DNA of 32,000 bases from Candidatus Hadarchaeota archaeon (GCA_964514965.1 CAZETV010000001.1:663063-695062), one strand, 5' to 3'; positions 8,719 to 17,496 are shown, numbered from the stretch's first letter. Program-made: numbers and translations. The notes: generated from the letters alone by a model not told the origin.

Positions 8719-9116
8719 CTCGAAAGATACTATTAAGGTACTCCACTCAGAAAGCCACAGAGCCCATTTTAACATCAGTAATCAAAGAAACTGAGACCCT
8801 GCCCAATATTCTGTACGCTGAAGTCGGCACAAAAGGTGGGGAGATACTGCTTTCAATCGATGCTTCTGACAAAGAGGTTGATAAAACAATCGCGCTGTTC
8901 AAGCAAAAAGGCATTGAGGTCCAGGAGATTAAACGCGCTATCCAACTCGACCATGATTCATGCTTCGACTGTGGGGCATGTCTCTCACTCTGTCCGACCA
9001 GCGCGCTGCACATGATTGACGACAAATCGGTCGAACTCGACGAGAACAAATGTATTTACTGCGAACTTTGCGTTCCATCATGTCCGGTGCGAGCACTCAA
9101 GCTATCAAAGTTCTAG
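8715..9116 (+). CDS. NIL-domain plus 2x[4Fe-4S] ferredoxin, partner of COG1900 protein
   Basis: NIL-like N-terminus, then CFDCGACLSLCPTSAL and CIYCELCVPSCPVRAL; overlaps upstream stop by 4 nt. Confidence 0.87.
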   Translation: MTRKILLRYSTQKATEPILTSVIKETETLPNILYAEVGTKGGEILLSIDASDKEVDKTIALFKQKGIEVQEIKRAIQLDHDSCFDCGACLSLCPTSALHMIDDKSVELDENKCIYCELCVPSCPVRALKLSKF

Positions 9117-9896
9117 GTGATTCAAATATACTCTCAAACTTGGTCCTTCAAGGAGACCAATCTCTACATAAAGTGCGACGATGAGCGGGCGATAGACTCT
9201 GCAATCGACGCCAGCTTACAGGCTCGAAACGATATCGAGCGATACATCCTCACAAATCCAGAGTTTCGATGGTCGCTTGAGCCCCTGAAGTTAGAAGGCG
9301 AACATCCAAAAGTCATCGAGCTTATGCTGAAAGCAGGTGAACTCGCAGGGATAGGGCCCTTTGCAGCTGTTGCCGGAGCCATCTCACAAATCGCAGCTGA
9401 AGCAGCACGAAGTGCAGGCGCCGAAAACGTGCTGGTGGAAAATGGAGGAGATATGACCATAATCGGCGCTAGAGATTTTCATATAGGGATTTTCGCGGAC
9501 GACACACAGAACTCCGGAAAAATAGGCTTCCTTGTTCGGGCTGTGGAGTTGCCAATAGGAATCTGCACGAGTTCGGGAACGATCGGTCATTCGCTGAGTT
9601 TTGGACAATCAGATGCTGTCGTAGCGGTTGCGCGCGAAACTTCGGTGGCGGACGCAGCAGCTACCTCAATAGCGAACTCGGTTAGGGGAGAGAACCTCAA
9701 ATCTTCAATCAAGCAGGGGCTGAGCCGGGCCAAACGCATCCGAGAAATTAGGGGGTGTCTGATCATGAGGAGAGAACACATTGGAACTTGGGGCAAGCTC
9801 CCTGAGCTAATTCAGGTATCGCCAGAATCCCATGAACTTTCAAACACCCAGAAAAAATATCAAAATTACAAGCCAGAACAAGCATTGATTTTATAG
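9117..9896 (+). CDS. UPF0280 / COG2122 (ApbE-related) protein, third member of the homocysteine/sulfur assimilation set
   Basis: PFAAVAGAISQIAAEAARSAGAENVLVENGGDMTI...HIGIFA; GICTSSGTIGHSLSFGQSDAVVAVA. Confidence 0.83.
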   Translation: MIQIYSQTWSFKETNLYIKCDDERAIDSAIDASLQARNDIERYILTNPEFRWSLEPLKLEGEHPKVIELMLKAGELAGIGPFAAVAGAISQIAAEAARSAGAENVLVENGGDMTIIGARDFHIGIFADDTQNSGKIGFLVRAVELPIGICTSSGTIGHSLSFGQSDAVVAVARETSVADAAATSIANSVRGENLKSSIKQGLSRAKRIREIRGCLIMRREHIGTWGKLPELIQVSPESHELSNTQKKYQNYKPEQALIL

Positions 9897-9921
9897 AACT
9901 TCAATGTGATATTAAAAATCA

Positions 9922-10212
9922 ATGACAATCACCGTAAAATTCTTCGCGGAATTTCGTGAAGCTACCGGGAAAAGACAGGAAAACATTGAAGGAGTAAGCG
10001 ACGCTGCTTCCCTTCTTGAAGAACTCGTCCGCAGGTTTGGGGAGAAGTTAGCTAAACTACTTTACTCTCCCGACAGACAAAAGCTCCGCAAAACTGTGAA
10101 CATTTTGGTAAATGGTAGAAGGATAAGTGCCTCCCAAGGACTTAAAACGCCTCTAAAGGATGGGGATGTGGTGGCAATCTTCCCTCCTGTGTCTGGTGGA
10201 AAGGTAAGATGA
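9922..10212 (+). CDS. MoaD/ThiS-like ubiquitin-fold sulfur carrier with residues after the Gly-Gly
   Basis: TVKFFAEFREATGKRQ...VNILVNGRRI...LKDGDVVAIFPPVSGGKVR. Confidence 0.87.
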   Translation: MTITVKFFAEFREATGKRQENIEGVSDAASLLEELVRRFGEKLAKLLYSPDRQKLRKTVNILVNGRRISASQGLKTPLKDGDVVAIFPPVSGGKVR

Positions 10213-10320
10213 AGACCAAAATTTACACCTCCTTGCCTCTACTGCAAGATTGCAAAGGAGTTTTTGAATCAATGTGGTGTTGAGTTCAAGGAATTAAACT
10301 TTCAGGAAAGTAACGCTTTA
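10209..10320 (+). pseudogene. Glutaredoxin/NrdH-like remnant, frameshifted and truncated
   Basis: MKTKIYTS in one frame, then CLYCKIAKEFLNQCGVEFKELNFQESNALT in the +1 frame from 10234. Confidence 0.45.
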
Positions 10321-10666
10321 ACAGCCCTCGCAACGCTCCCGCATGACGCTCCTCGTCCTTGGCGGTCGTGTAGAAGTATGCCTTTTCTGGCTCGACGTGG
10401 TGGCTCGCTTCTTCGAGCCTGACCTTAGCAGCATTCTGCTCGCCAGCAAGCATCTTCTCCAAGTTTTCCTTAGTCGCACCAACTCCATTCGCCAGCAGCA
10501 CGACTTCTGACGCATGTTCCGCCTCTTCCCACGCAATCCTTTGCAGCACTGAAGCTATCTCGGGGTAACCTTCGCGCTCCGCCTGCTTAGCCATTGCTAG
10601 GTAGAGGCCGACCTCCGATGTCTCGCCTCGCGTCCAGCTCTTGAGGTACTCCTCCAATTTCGTCAT
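10286..10666 (-). CDS. Rubrerythrin/ferritin-like diiron domain protein
   Basis: EVGLYLAMAKQAEREGYPEIASVLQRIAWEEAEHASEVV...FYTTAKDEERHAGALRGLLKRYF; ribosome-binding-like GGAGGTGAG before ATG (10671-10679). Confidence 0.82.
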   Translation of the reverse strand: MTKLEEYLKSWTRGETSEVGLYLAMAKQAEREGYPEIASVLQRIAWEEAEHASEVVLLANGVGATKENLEKMLAGEQNAAKVRLEEASHHVEPEKAYFYTTAKDEERHAGALRGLLKRYFPESLIP

Positions 10667-10678
10667 TTTTCTCACCTC

Positions 10679-10783
10679 CTACAGAAGTGGTTCATAACCC
10701 TCACAATGACGGTTATAGCAACTTTCGCAGATGTGGACTATTTCTCCCTCGTTGGCCCTCATTAGATTCTCACCGTCCCACAT
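10679..10783 (-). CDS. Small zinc-ribbon-like ORF (34 aa), possibly 5'-truncated by a frameshift
   Basis: MWDGENLMRANEGEIVHICESCYNRHCEGYEPLL; alternative in-frame start MKSEICG lies in a neighbouring frame just upstream. Confidence 0.3.
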   Translation of the reverse strand: MWDGENLMRANEGEIVHICESCYNRHCEGYEPLL

Positions 10784-10857
10784 ATCTCACTTTTCATTGC
10801 CCACCCTGCACACATCCAATCTTATAGATGGTCACGTAACGTTCGTCACCGCCGCTA

Positions 10858-11096
10858 TTAACTTGCAACCCCCAACTGCTTTCCGAGCATCTTTTCGAGT
10901 TCGAGCCTTAGGTCGTCGAAGTAATCGAAGGCCACAAGTCATAAAATGGGCCGCTTAGTTCGATAACGACAGAAGGGTCTTCCAGCTTGACGAGCTTAGC
11001 AACAGCCTCGACTCCGCACCATTTATTAAATTCAGTTAAAGCTCGAACCACAAACTCTTTGTAGCCACGAGTGTCAAAAGTCGATATCATTACCAT
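10858..11096 (-). pseudogene. Small uncharacterised protein split by an apparent frameshift
   Basis: MVMISTFDTRGYKEFVVRALTEFNKWCGVEAVAKLVKLEDPSVVIELSGPFYDL in one frame continues as FDYFDDLRLELEKMLGKQLGVAS in another. Confidence 0.4.
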
Positions 11097-11100
11097 TTAC

Positions 11101-11541
11101 CTATTCACGGGCAAGATGTCTTTTGTAGGAGTTCGCGCAATGCACGCAGCAGAACATCAACATTTTTCCATCCATTCGCTCCTTGTGACCACCCTCGTAG
11201 ACCTTGCATCCACAGTGAGCGCACTTGGTCAACTTTGGTTCCAAAATTATAGAAACAATATCACTAAATCTGCCCAAGATTCGAGAAGTAGTTTTCCTTC
11301 CTTCACTCGTTAGCGTGTAAACTTTTTTCTTCCTGTCTCCCATCTTCACCACTTTGTGGGTCATCAGCCCGCTCTCCTCCAGCTTCTTTAAGAGCGGGTA
11401 AATCTGCCCTGGTGACGGTTTCTTGCCAAGTTTTTTCTCCAACTCCTCCATTATTTCATACCCGTGCCGAGGGGTCTCACTAAGAAGCACAAGCATGTAA
11501 AATTTGGTTAGGTTTGTGATATCCCCTCGCTCACCGACCAT
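11101..11541 (-). CDS. PadR-family regulator fused to a TRASH-like metal-binding C-terminal segment
   Basis: FYMLVLLSETPRHGYEIMEELEKKLGKKPSPGQIYPLLKKLEESGL; C-terminus KCAHCGCKVYEGGHKERMDGKMLMFCCVHCANSYKR. Confidence 0.83.
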   Translation of the reverse strand: MVGERGDITNLTKFYMLVLLSETPRHGYEIMEELEKKLGKKPSPGQIYPLLKKLEESGLMTHKVVKMGDRKKKVYTLTSEGRKTTSRILGRFSDIVSIILEPKLTKCAHCGCKVYEGGHKERMDGKMLMFCCVHCANSYKRHLARE

Positions 11542-11580
11542 GAACACACCATTTTAACATGAAAAGAAGAAATATTTAAA

Positions 11581-11594
11581 TATGATATATCATA
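11581..11594. promoter_or_regulatory. Perfect 14-nt palindrome TATGATATATCATA between padR-like gene and copA
   Basis: Exact self-complementary sequence, 19 nt before ATG 11614; candidate operator of the PadR-TRASH protein. Confidence 0.5.
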
Positions 11595-11613
11595 AAAAGA
11601 GATATTGATAAAA

Positions 11614-14094
11614 ATGACCAGGGGAAAAATCACTGTCCGAATCAGCGGGATGCGCTGCGTGAGCTGTGCTCAAACCATCGAGAAAGCTTTAAAGAAGCAA
11701 GCAGGCGTCACGAATGTCAATGTCAACTTCGCCACAGAAAAAGCCACAGTCGAGTATGAATCAGACAAGATGAACACCGAAAAACTCGGAGAAGTCATAA
11801 AGAAAACGGGCTACGAACCTGTTGGCATCGCCCGCGAGGAAGGTCGTACCCGTGAGATAAGTCTCAAGCTCACTGGGATGACCTGCGCTTCATGCGCAAC
11901 CAAAATCGAGAAAGCGCTTAAAAGTGTGAATGGAGTTCGCCGTGCTAGCGTCAATTTCGCAACTGAAAAAGCAACTGTTGAATACGCTCCCGATATTGTG
12001 ACGCTGGTTGACCTTCGAAAGACCGTCCGAGATGTGGGGTACGGCGTAAGTGAGGAGGAGGAAGTCGACAAATCACTGACGGAGATGCAGCGAGCGCGTG
12101 TGCGTATGTTCATAGCTTGGGGCTTCACCATCCCCACCATCATCTGGATGGTAGCCGAGATGGTCTTCGGCGTGGTCTGGCCGAATTGGGAAATTTACAA
12201 CTTGGGGCTCATCCTGCTCGCCATCCCCGTACTTTTCTGGGTGGGCCTGCCGACGCTTCGTGGAGCTGCAAAAGCGATTTCCCATAAAACTGCGAATATG
12301 GATGTTCTCATCGCTATGGGAGCATCGATAGCCTTCCTCACTGGACCACCCATGTTCTTCGGAGTTCCCATTCTGAACTATTCTGGCGTTGCCGCGATGA
12401 TTATGGCATTCAATCTAACTGGCAGATACGTCGAAAACCAGGCAAAGGGTAGAGCATCCCAAGCTATTAAAAAGCTCCTAATGCTCGAAGCCAAATCTGC
12501 GCGCATTCTCGTTAAGGGCAAAGAGAAGGAAGTTCCGATTGAGGATATAAAAGTCGGCAATGTAATAATCGTGCGCCCCGGTGAGAAAATCCCAACCGAT
12601 GGGGTGATCATTGAGGGCGAAAGTGCGGTTGACGAATCAATGGCAACAGGTGAGTCCATGCCCGTGCATAAAAAGAAAGGGAACGAAGTCATTGGAGCCA
12701 CGGTCAACCAAGAGGGCCTCCTCAAAATCAAGGCCACGAAGGTCGGAAAAGACACTTTCCTCTCGCAAGTAATTAAAATGGTCGAGGAGTGTCAGGGAAC
12801 CAAGGTTCCAATCCAAGAGTTCGCCGACAAAGTCACCGGTTACTTCGTACCCGCCGTGCTGCTGATTGCCACGGCAACTTTCATTCTCTGGATTGCCGTG
12901 CCGGGTTTTATAGGAGGTGTCGCCACTTGGGCACAATCGTTCCTACCTTGGGTCAATCCAACATTGGGTGCGTTCACCCTCGCAATCTTCGCCACAGTCG
13001 CCGTACTCGTCATCGCCTGTCCATGTGCCCTTGGTTTAGCCACACCTACCGCACTTATGGTCGGCAGCGGATTAGGTGCAGAAAATGGCATCATCATCCG
13101 AAGGGGCGAGGCCATCCAGACACTCAAGGATGTAAATACAATCGTCTTCGACAAAACCGGTACCATCACCCAAGGTAAGGCAGCGCTCACCGATGTCGTC
13201 GCGACAAAGGACTTCACCCAAGGCGAGGTTCTGAGGCTGGCCGCGAGCGTCGAGGCTGGATCCGAACACTCCATTGCCAAGGCAATTGTATATGGAGCAC
13301 ACACCAAGAAAGTCAAGCCCGTGAAGTCTAAGGGATTCAAAGCGGTGCGGGGAAAGGGCGTTCGAGCTACCATCGATGGAAAGCAAATCTTAGTCGGGAA
13401 TCGCCTCTTCCTAAAGGAGACCAGCATAAAGGTTGCCGCGCTTGAAAGTGAACTAAAGCGCCTTGAAGATGAGGGCAAGACCGCGGTGCTCGTCGCCTCG
13501 GGCAACAAGCTCGTTGGGGTCTGCGCGGTGGCCGATACGCTAAAGGAGGACTCGGTGCAAGCGATCAAGGAGTTACACAAAATTGGGCTAAAGAGCATCA
13601 TGATCACCGGTGACAATCCACGCACTGCCAATGCGATTGCAAGACAGGTTGGAATTGACCGTGTACTTGCGGAGGTGCTACCCGACCAAAAAGTTGCGGA
13701 AATCAAGCGCCTACAAGGGGAAGGCGGTAGCATGGTGGCGGCAGTAGGCGATGGAATAAACGATGCACCTATGCTAACACAAGCTAATGTTGGTATAGCG
13801 ATTGGTACGGGCACGGATATCGCAATCGAGGCTGGCGATGTCATCCTAGTGCGCGGCGACCTTTCGAGTGTGGTAAGCGCGATAAAGCTCTCCCAGGCAA
13901 CATTTCGCAAAATCAAGCAGAACCTCTTCTGGGCATTCGGCTACAACACCGCCGCGATACCCCTTGCGATCTTCGGGCTACTTCATCCCGTTATCGCTGA
14001 ACTGGCGATGGCGACGAGCTCGGTGAGCGTGGTGAGCAACGCCAACCTGTTGAGACGGATCAATATTCAGCCCTCTTACTCATCTGAGAGATGA
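11614..14094 (+). CDS. copA: Copper-translocating P-type ATPase CopA, two HMA domains
   Basis: [11 protein letters not shown] and [11 protein letters not shown]; TGES; [11 protein letters not shown]; DKTGTITQG; SEHSIA; [10 protein letters not shown]. Track start 11605 is TTG; ATG 11614 preferred. Confidence 0.94.
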   Translation: MTRGKITVRISGMRCVSCAQTIEKALKKQAGVTNVNVNFATEKATVEYESDKMNTEKLGEVIKKTGYEPVGIAREEGRTREISLKLTGMTCASCATKIEKALKSVNGVRRASVNFATEKATVEYAPDIVTLVDLRKTVRDVGYGVSEEEEVDKSLTEMQRARVRMFIAWGFTIPTIIWMVAEMVFGVVWPNWEIYNLGLILLAIPVLFWVGLPTLRGAAKAISHKTANMDVLIAMGASIAFLTGPPMFFGVPILNYSGVAAMIMAFNLTGRYVENQAKGRASQAIKKLLMLEAKSARILVKGKEKEVPIEDIKVGNVIIVRPGEKIPTDGVIIEGESAVDESMATGESMPVHKKKGNEVIGATVNQEGLLKIKATKVGKDTFLSQVIKMVEECQGTKVPIQEFADKVTGYFVPAVLLIATATFILWIAVPGFIGGVATWAQSFLPWVNPTLGAFTLAIFATVAVLVIACPCALGLATPTALMVGSGLGAENGIIIRRGEAIQTLKDVNTIVFDKTGTITQGKAALTDVVATKDFTQGEVLRLAASVEAGSEHSIAKAIVYGAHTKKVKPVKSKGFKAVRGKGVRATIDGKQILVGNRLFLKETSIKVAALESELKRLEDEGKTAVLVASGNKLVGVCAVADTLKEDSVQAIKELHKIGLKSIMITGDNPRTANAIARQVGIDRVLAEVLPDQKVAEIKRLQGEGGSMVAAVGDGINDAPMLTQANVGIAIGTGTDIAIEAGDVILVRGDLSSVVSAIKLSQATFRKIKQNLFWAFGYNTAAIPLAIFGLLHPVIAELAMATSSVSVVSNANLLRRINIQPSYSSER

Positions 14095-14110
14095 GAGGAG
14101 GTGAGAGCAA

Positions 14111-14290
14111 ATGGCAAAGGACCCGGTTTGCGGAATGAAAGTGGACGAAGCTAAGGCTGAACACAAGGCGGAGTACAAAGGCAAAACGTATTACTTCTGC
14201 GCTCCTGTGTGCAAGACTGACTTCGAAGCAAACCCGGAGAAGTATACGAAGGGAACGGAAGCACATCATCACGGTGGTGGGCGCTGCTAG
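14111..14290 (+). CDS. YHS-domain small metal-binding protein
   Basis: MAKDPVCGMKVDEAKAEHKAEYKGKTYYFCAPVCKTDFEANPEKYTKGTEAHHHGGGRC; not in the supplied ORF track because it is short. Confidence 0.82.
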   Translation: MAKDPVCGMKVDEAKAEHKAEYKGKTYYFCAPVCKTDFEANPEKYTKGTEAHHHGGGRC

Positions 14291-14310
14291 AAAAACTAGA
14301 AGAATATTCG

Positions 14311-14481
14311 ATGGTGAAAAATCCAGTCTGCGTCATGGACGTAGATGAGCGAAAAGCGGAGTTCAGGTAGAACTATCGTGGAAAGGTATACCCCTTCTGC
14401 TCGGTCGTGTGTATACGATGGTTCAGGAAGCGTCCGCAGAAGTACCTGAAGGGACAATCTAAAAAAGTGGACTACTTATGA
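14311..14481 (+). pseudogene. Second YHS-like ORF interrupted by in-frame TAG (14368-14370)
   Basis: MVKNPVCVMDVDERKAEFR*NYRGKVYPFCSVVCIRWFRKRPQKYLKGQSKKVDYL. Confidence 0.6.
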
Positions 14482-14495
14482 AGAAGAACTAAACA

Positions 14496-14597
14496 ATGCT
14501 CTGCTGTTTGGGACTTTTTGCAGATCTTTTCATCTGGCAATATCTGGGCGACCCATGGATAGTAATAGCCCCAGCCGTTGGATTCATCGTGAATTAG
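14496..14597 (+). CDS. Very short putative membrane peptide downstream of copA/YHS genes
   Basis: MLCCLGLFADLFIWQYLGDPWIVIAPAVGFIVN; hydrophobic, 33 aa. Confidence 0.25.
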   Translation: MLCCLGLFADLFIWQYLGDPWIVIAPAVGFIVN

Positions 14598-14799
14598 TTG
14601 AAGATGTGAAATTGTTCCAGAAAAAGCGTCCAGTCAAGAAGGGGGCTTGCCATGTCTGAGGTTTCCACTCGTGCTCGTGTTATTGTTCATAGCGGTATGG
14701 GCCCCCTGTTGCACAAGCGATGCCATATTCTCCCACCTATTCGCGAGAAGACCAAAACACATTAGAAGGACTTCCTAATACCCGCCGAAAGCCTTTTAT

Positions 14800-14812
14800 A
14801 TAACACTGTTAT
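14800..14812. promoter_or_regulatory. Operator-like ATAAC-ACT-GTTAT upstream of leader ORF and sulfate-assimilation operon
   Basis: Exact inverted repeat in GCCTTTTATATAACACTGTTATAG; TATA-like CTTTTATAT at 14793-14801. Confidence 0.6.
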
Positions 14813-14827
14813 AGAAAAACCGAAAGA

Positions 14828-14878
14828 ATGGTGATGATGATGAGGGATTTAGTTTGCCCGTGCTGTGTTTGCTGCTGA
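14828..14878 (+). CDS. Candidate Cys-rich leader peptide MVMMMRDLVCPCCVCC
   Basis: atg gtg atg atg atg agg gat tta gtt tgc ccg tgc tgt gtt tgc tgc tga; 5 of the last 7 codons are Cys; ATG is about 26-30 nt from the TATA-like element. Confidence 0.5.
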   Translation: MVMMMRDLVCPCCVCC

Positions 14879-14888
14879 CTTAGTCACT

Positions 14889-14911
14889 ACGCGGTTTTCA
14901 GCTGACCGTGT
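14889..14911 (+). promoter_or_regulatory. Possible leader hairpin ACGCGGT / ACCGTGT (7 bp, one G-U) with 9-nt loop, T5 tract at 14937-14941
   Basis: Manual base pairing. GCTGA at the leader ORF end (14874-14878) can alternatively pair with TCAGC in the loop (14898-14902). Confidence 0.3.
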
Positions 14912-14973
14912 AAATTTGGTAATTTCAATCAATCACTTTTTATCTGTTATAGAACTAGTGAGGGGTCTGTCCG

Positions 14974-15750
14974 ATGCCCATTGAGACACTAGTCGCGATC
15001 GTGCTGGTCGGGGCCTTGGGCGGATATCTCGGCGGAATCGTGGGGGCGGGCATAGGAGCGACCGTAGTCCCTGGCCTAATTTTGCTCGGCATTGACCCCA
15101 TCATCGCGATTGGCTCAAGCTTGCTGCTACATGTGCTGATAGCTCCTCTTGGTGGGATCGCTCACTACAAATTTGGACACGTACGGCGAAGAATCTTAGT
15201 TCCATTGGTTCTAGCTGGGGTTCTGGGGGCCTTCTTCGGTGCCAACGCTTCCACACACCTACCTGCAGATGTGTTGAAGCTGCTCGTAGGCATCTCAGCC
15301 ATTGCTGCAGGCCTGCTAATCACAGTTAGATACCCTAGAACCAACCAGCGAAAGTTAACACTCCCCTCTGTCAAAAAAAGACTTCGGGTAGTCAGTACAC
15401 CCACGATAACAGCAATCGCCCTTATCGTGGGACTTTTATATGGGGCGTCGGGTGCAATGTGGGGCTCGATCGGTGTCCCTCTTTTAATTATAGTTGGAGT
15501 CACCCCTCACGTTGCGGTTGGTTCATCTCTGCTGGCACGATCCATCGTCGCCTTGGCCGGATCCTCAACCTACTACTTCCTGAACGGCATTCAAGCGGAC
15601 ATCATTCTATCGTTACTCGCTGGGGGGTCAATTGCTATTTTGCTCGGCGCACTCACCACAAAACGCCTTCCGTCCAGAAAGTTAAAACTAATCGTGGGCG
15701 TAGCTGTTATCGTGCTCGGCGCATCCGTCTTGGTGAAACAGATGATTTAA
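14974..15750 (+). CDS. TauE/SafE-family membrane permease (probable sulfate/sulfite or related anion transport)
   Basis: ALGGYLGGIVGAGIGATVVPGLILLGIDPIIAIGSSLL...GLLYGASGAMWGSIGVPLLIIVGVTPHVAVGSSLLARS. Confidence 0.85.
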   Translation: MPIETLVAIVLVGALGGYLGGIVGAGIGATVVPGLILLGIDPIIAIGSSLLLHVLIAPLGGIAHYKFGHVRRRILVPLVLAGVLGAFFGANASTHLPADVLKLLVGISAIAAGLLITVRYPRTNQRKLTLPSVKKRLRVVSTPTITAIALIVGLLYGASGAMWGSIGVPLLIIVGVTPHVAVGSSLLARSIVALAGSSTYYFLNGIQADIILSLLAGGSIAILLGALTTKRLPSRKLKLIVGVAVIVLGASVLVKQMI

Positions 15751-17487
15751 ATGACACGACCAAAACGAAATACCGTAGAACAAAAACAAATCGATACAGA
15801 TATCTTGATAATCGGTGGTGGCACAGCTGGATGCATGGCTGCCGTCGAGGCGAAGTGGCTAGACCCGAAACTCAAAGTTGTCATCATGGAGAAGGCCCAC
15901 ATCGACCGAAGCGGCTGTTTAGCTGGGGGAATGAACGCCATCAACGTTTACCTCCACCCCGGGGAAACTCCCGAAAGCTTTACCCGCTATGTGCGATGGC
16001 AAGCGATGGGACTCTGTCGTGAGGACCTCACCATCAGCATGATCAAGGAGGTCAACTCAGCGGTCAAGCGCGTCGAGGAGTGGGGGCTTCCCATCCTAAA
16101 AGATGAAAATGGGAACTACTCACGGCGGGGTCGATGGAACGTCAGGATTAACGGGGAAGCTCTCAAACTGATCCTCGCCGAAGCTGTAAAGAAGTCGAAG
16201 GTTACCACACTTAACCATACTGTCGCAACCAATTTCATTCTCGATGAGAACCGCGTGGCTGGGGCATTCGGCTTTAGCATTCGTGACAAAAAATTTTACG
16301 TCGTTAAAGCAAATGCCACCATCGTCGCCACTGGCGGCGCCTCCGGTATCTACCGCCCGAACAACCGAAGCGATGCCCACCACACAATGTGGTACTGCCC
16401 CTTCAACACGGGAGCTGGATATGCGATGGGTATCCGCGGGGGAGCCGAAATGACTAGTTTTGAAATGCGGTTCATAGCACTTCGCGTGAAAAACATTATC
16501 GCCCCCACGGGCACGCTCGCCTTAGGCTTCGGCGCGCCACAAGTCAATGCGAGGAGTGAACAATATATGAAAACGCGCTATGCTCACCTTGGCGGCGAGG
16601 GCGCCCCGACACCAATCCGAGTTTACGCTCCGACCCAGGAGGCAAAGGAAGGGAGGGGACCGTGCTACCTAGACACTCGTCACCTCAGCCAGGAGCGAGT
16701 CAGAGAACTCAAAGCCAGCTATCTCGACATGTACCCTCAGATGACCCTCTATCTCGCGGCGAACCGCATCGATCCGAGCAAGCAACCAATCGAGATTGCC
16801 GGCACCGAACCCTATGTGGTGGGTGGGCACTGCCAAGCTGGTTACTGGGTGGACGAAAACAGAAAGACCACTCTCAAGGGTCTCTTTGCGGCTGGCGATA
16901 TCGTTGGAGGAGTGCCCTACAAGTTCGTTTCGGGTTGCTGGGCGGAGGGCATTATCGCCACCCGCGCAGCTGTAGAATTTACTAGAGCGAACAAGCACGG
17001 AAAAATCGGCACCACACAAGTCAAACGTGAAATGGAGCGGGTCTACGCCCCTCTCAGAGATAAAAAAGCCAGTGGGGGCGTGCGACCGAGGGAGTTGGAA
17101 GAGGAACTACAAAAGGTGATGGACGAGTACGCTGGAGGTATAAGCACATTTTACGAGATGGATAAGAAGCGCCTTCTAGTCGCACACAGGATGCTCCAAA
17201 AACTAAAGAAACAAACCAAAAACTTGATTGCCAAGAACTTACATGAGCTTATGCTTGCCCACGATGTAATCGACCGAATCGAAGTGGCGCAGGTGTTGGT
17301 GAAACACTTAATCTTTAGAATGGAAACTCGATGGCCAGGGTACCAAACGAGGCTCGACCACCCGAAGCTCGACGATGAGAACTGGCTATGCTTCGCCAAC
17401 AGCCGACGCGACCCGAAGACCGGGGAGATTAAGGTGTTCAAAGTTCCTTACAAACAAATCGTATCAGGAGATCGATATAAACCGTGA
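15751..17487 (+). CDS. aprA: Adenylylsulfate reductase alpha subunit-like flavoprotein (short, assimilatory-type candidate)
   Basis: DILIIGGGTAGCMAAVEAKWLDPKLKVVIMEKAHIDRSGCLAGGMNAINVYL...GGAEMTSFEMRFIALR...LFAAGDIVGGVPYKFVSGCWAEG. Confidence 0.88.
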   Translation: MTRPKRNTVEQKQIDTDILIIGGGTAGCMAAVEAKWLDPKLKVVIMEKAHIDRSGCLAGGMNAINVYLHPGETPESFTRYVRWQAMGLCREDLTISMIKEVNSAVKRVEEWGLPILKDENGNYSRRGRWNVRINGEALKLILAEAVKKSKVTTLNHTVATNFILDENRVAGAFGFSIRDKKFYVVKANATIVATGGASGIYRPNNRSDAHHTMWYCPFNTGAGYAMGIRGGAEMTSFEMRFIALRVKNIIAPTGTLALGFGAPQVNARSEQYMKTRYAHLGGEGAPTPIRVYAPTQEAKEGRGPCYLDTRHLSQERVRELKASYLDMYPQMTLYLAANRIDPSKQPIEIAGTEPYVVGGHCQAGYWVDENRKTTLKGLFAAGDIVGGVPYKFVSGCWAEGIIATRAAVEFTRANKHGKIGTTQVKREMERVYAPLRDKKASGGVRPRELEEELQKVMDEYAGGISTFYEMDKKRLLVAHRMLQKLKKQTKNLIAKNLHELMLAHDVIDRIEVAQVLVKHLIFRMETRWPGYQTRLDHPKLDDENWLCFANSRRDPKTGEIKVFKVPYKQIVSGDRYKP

Positions 17488-17496
17488 GGTGTTTGA

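Noticed and set aside
12840-13916. 358-aa minus-strand ORF inside copA
   Set aside because: Antisense to a well-supported CopA; Ser/Thr/Pro-rich composition typical of a reverse-complement reading frame; no recognizable motifs.
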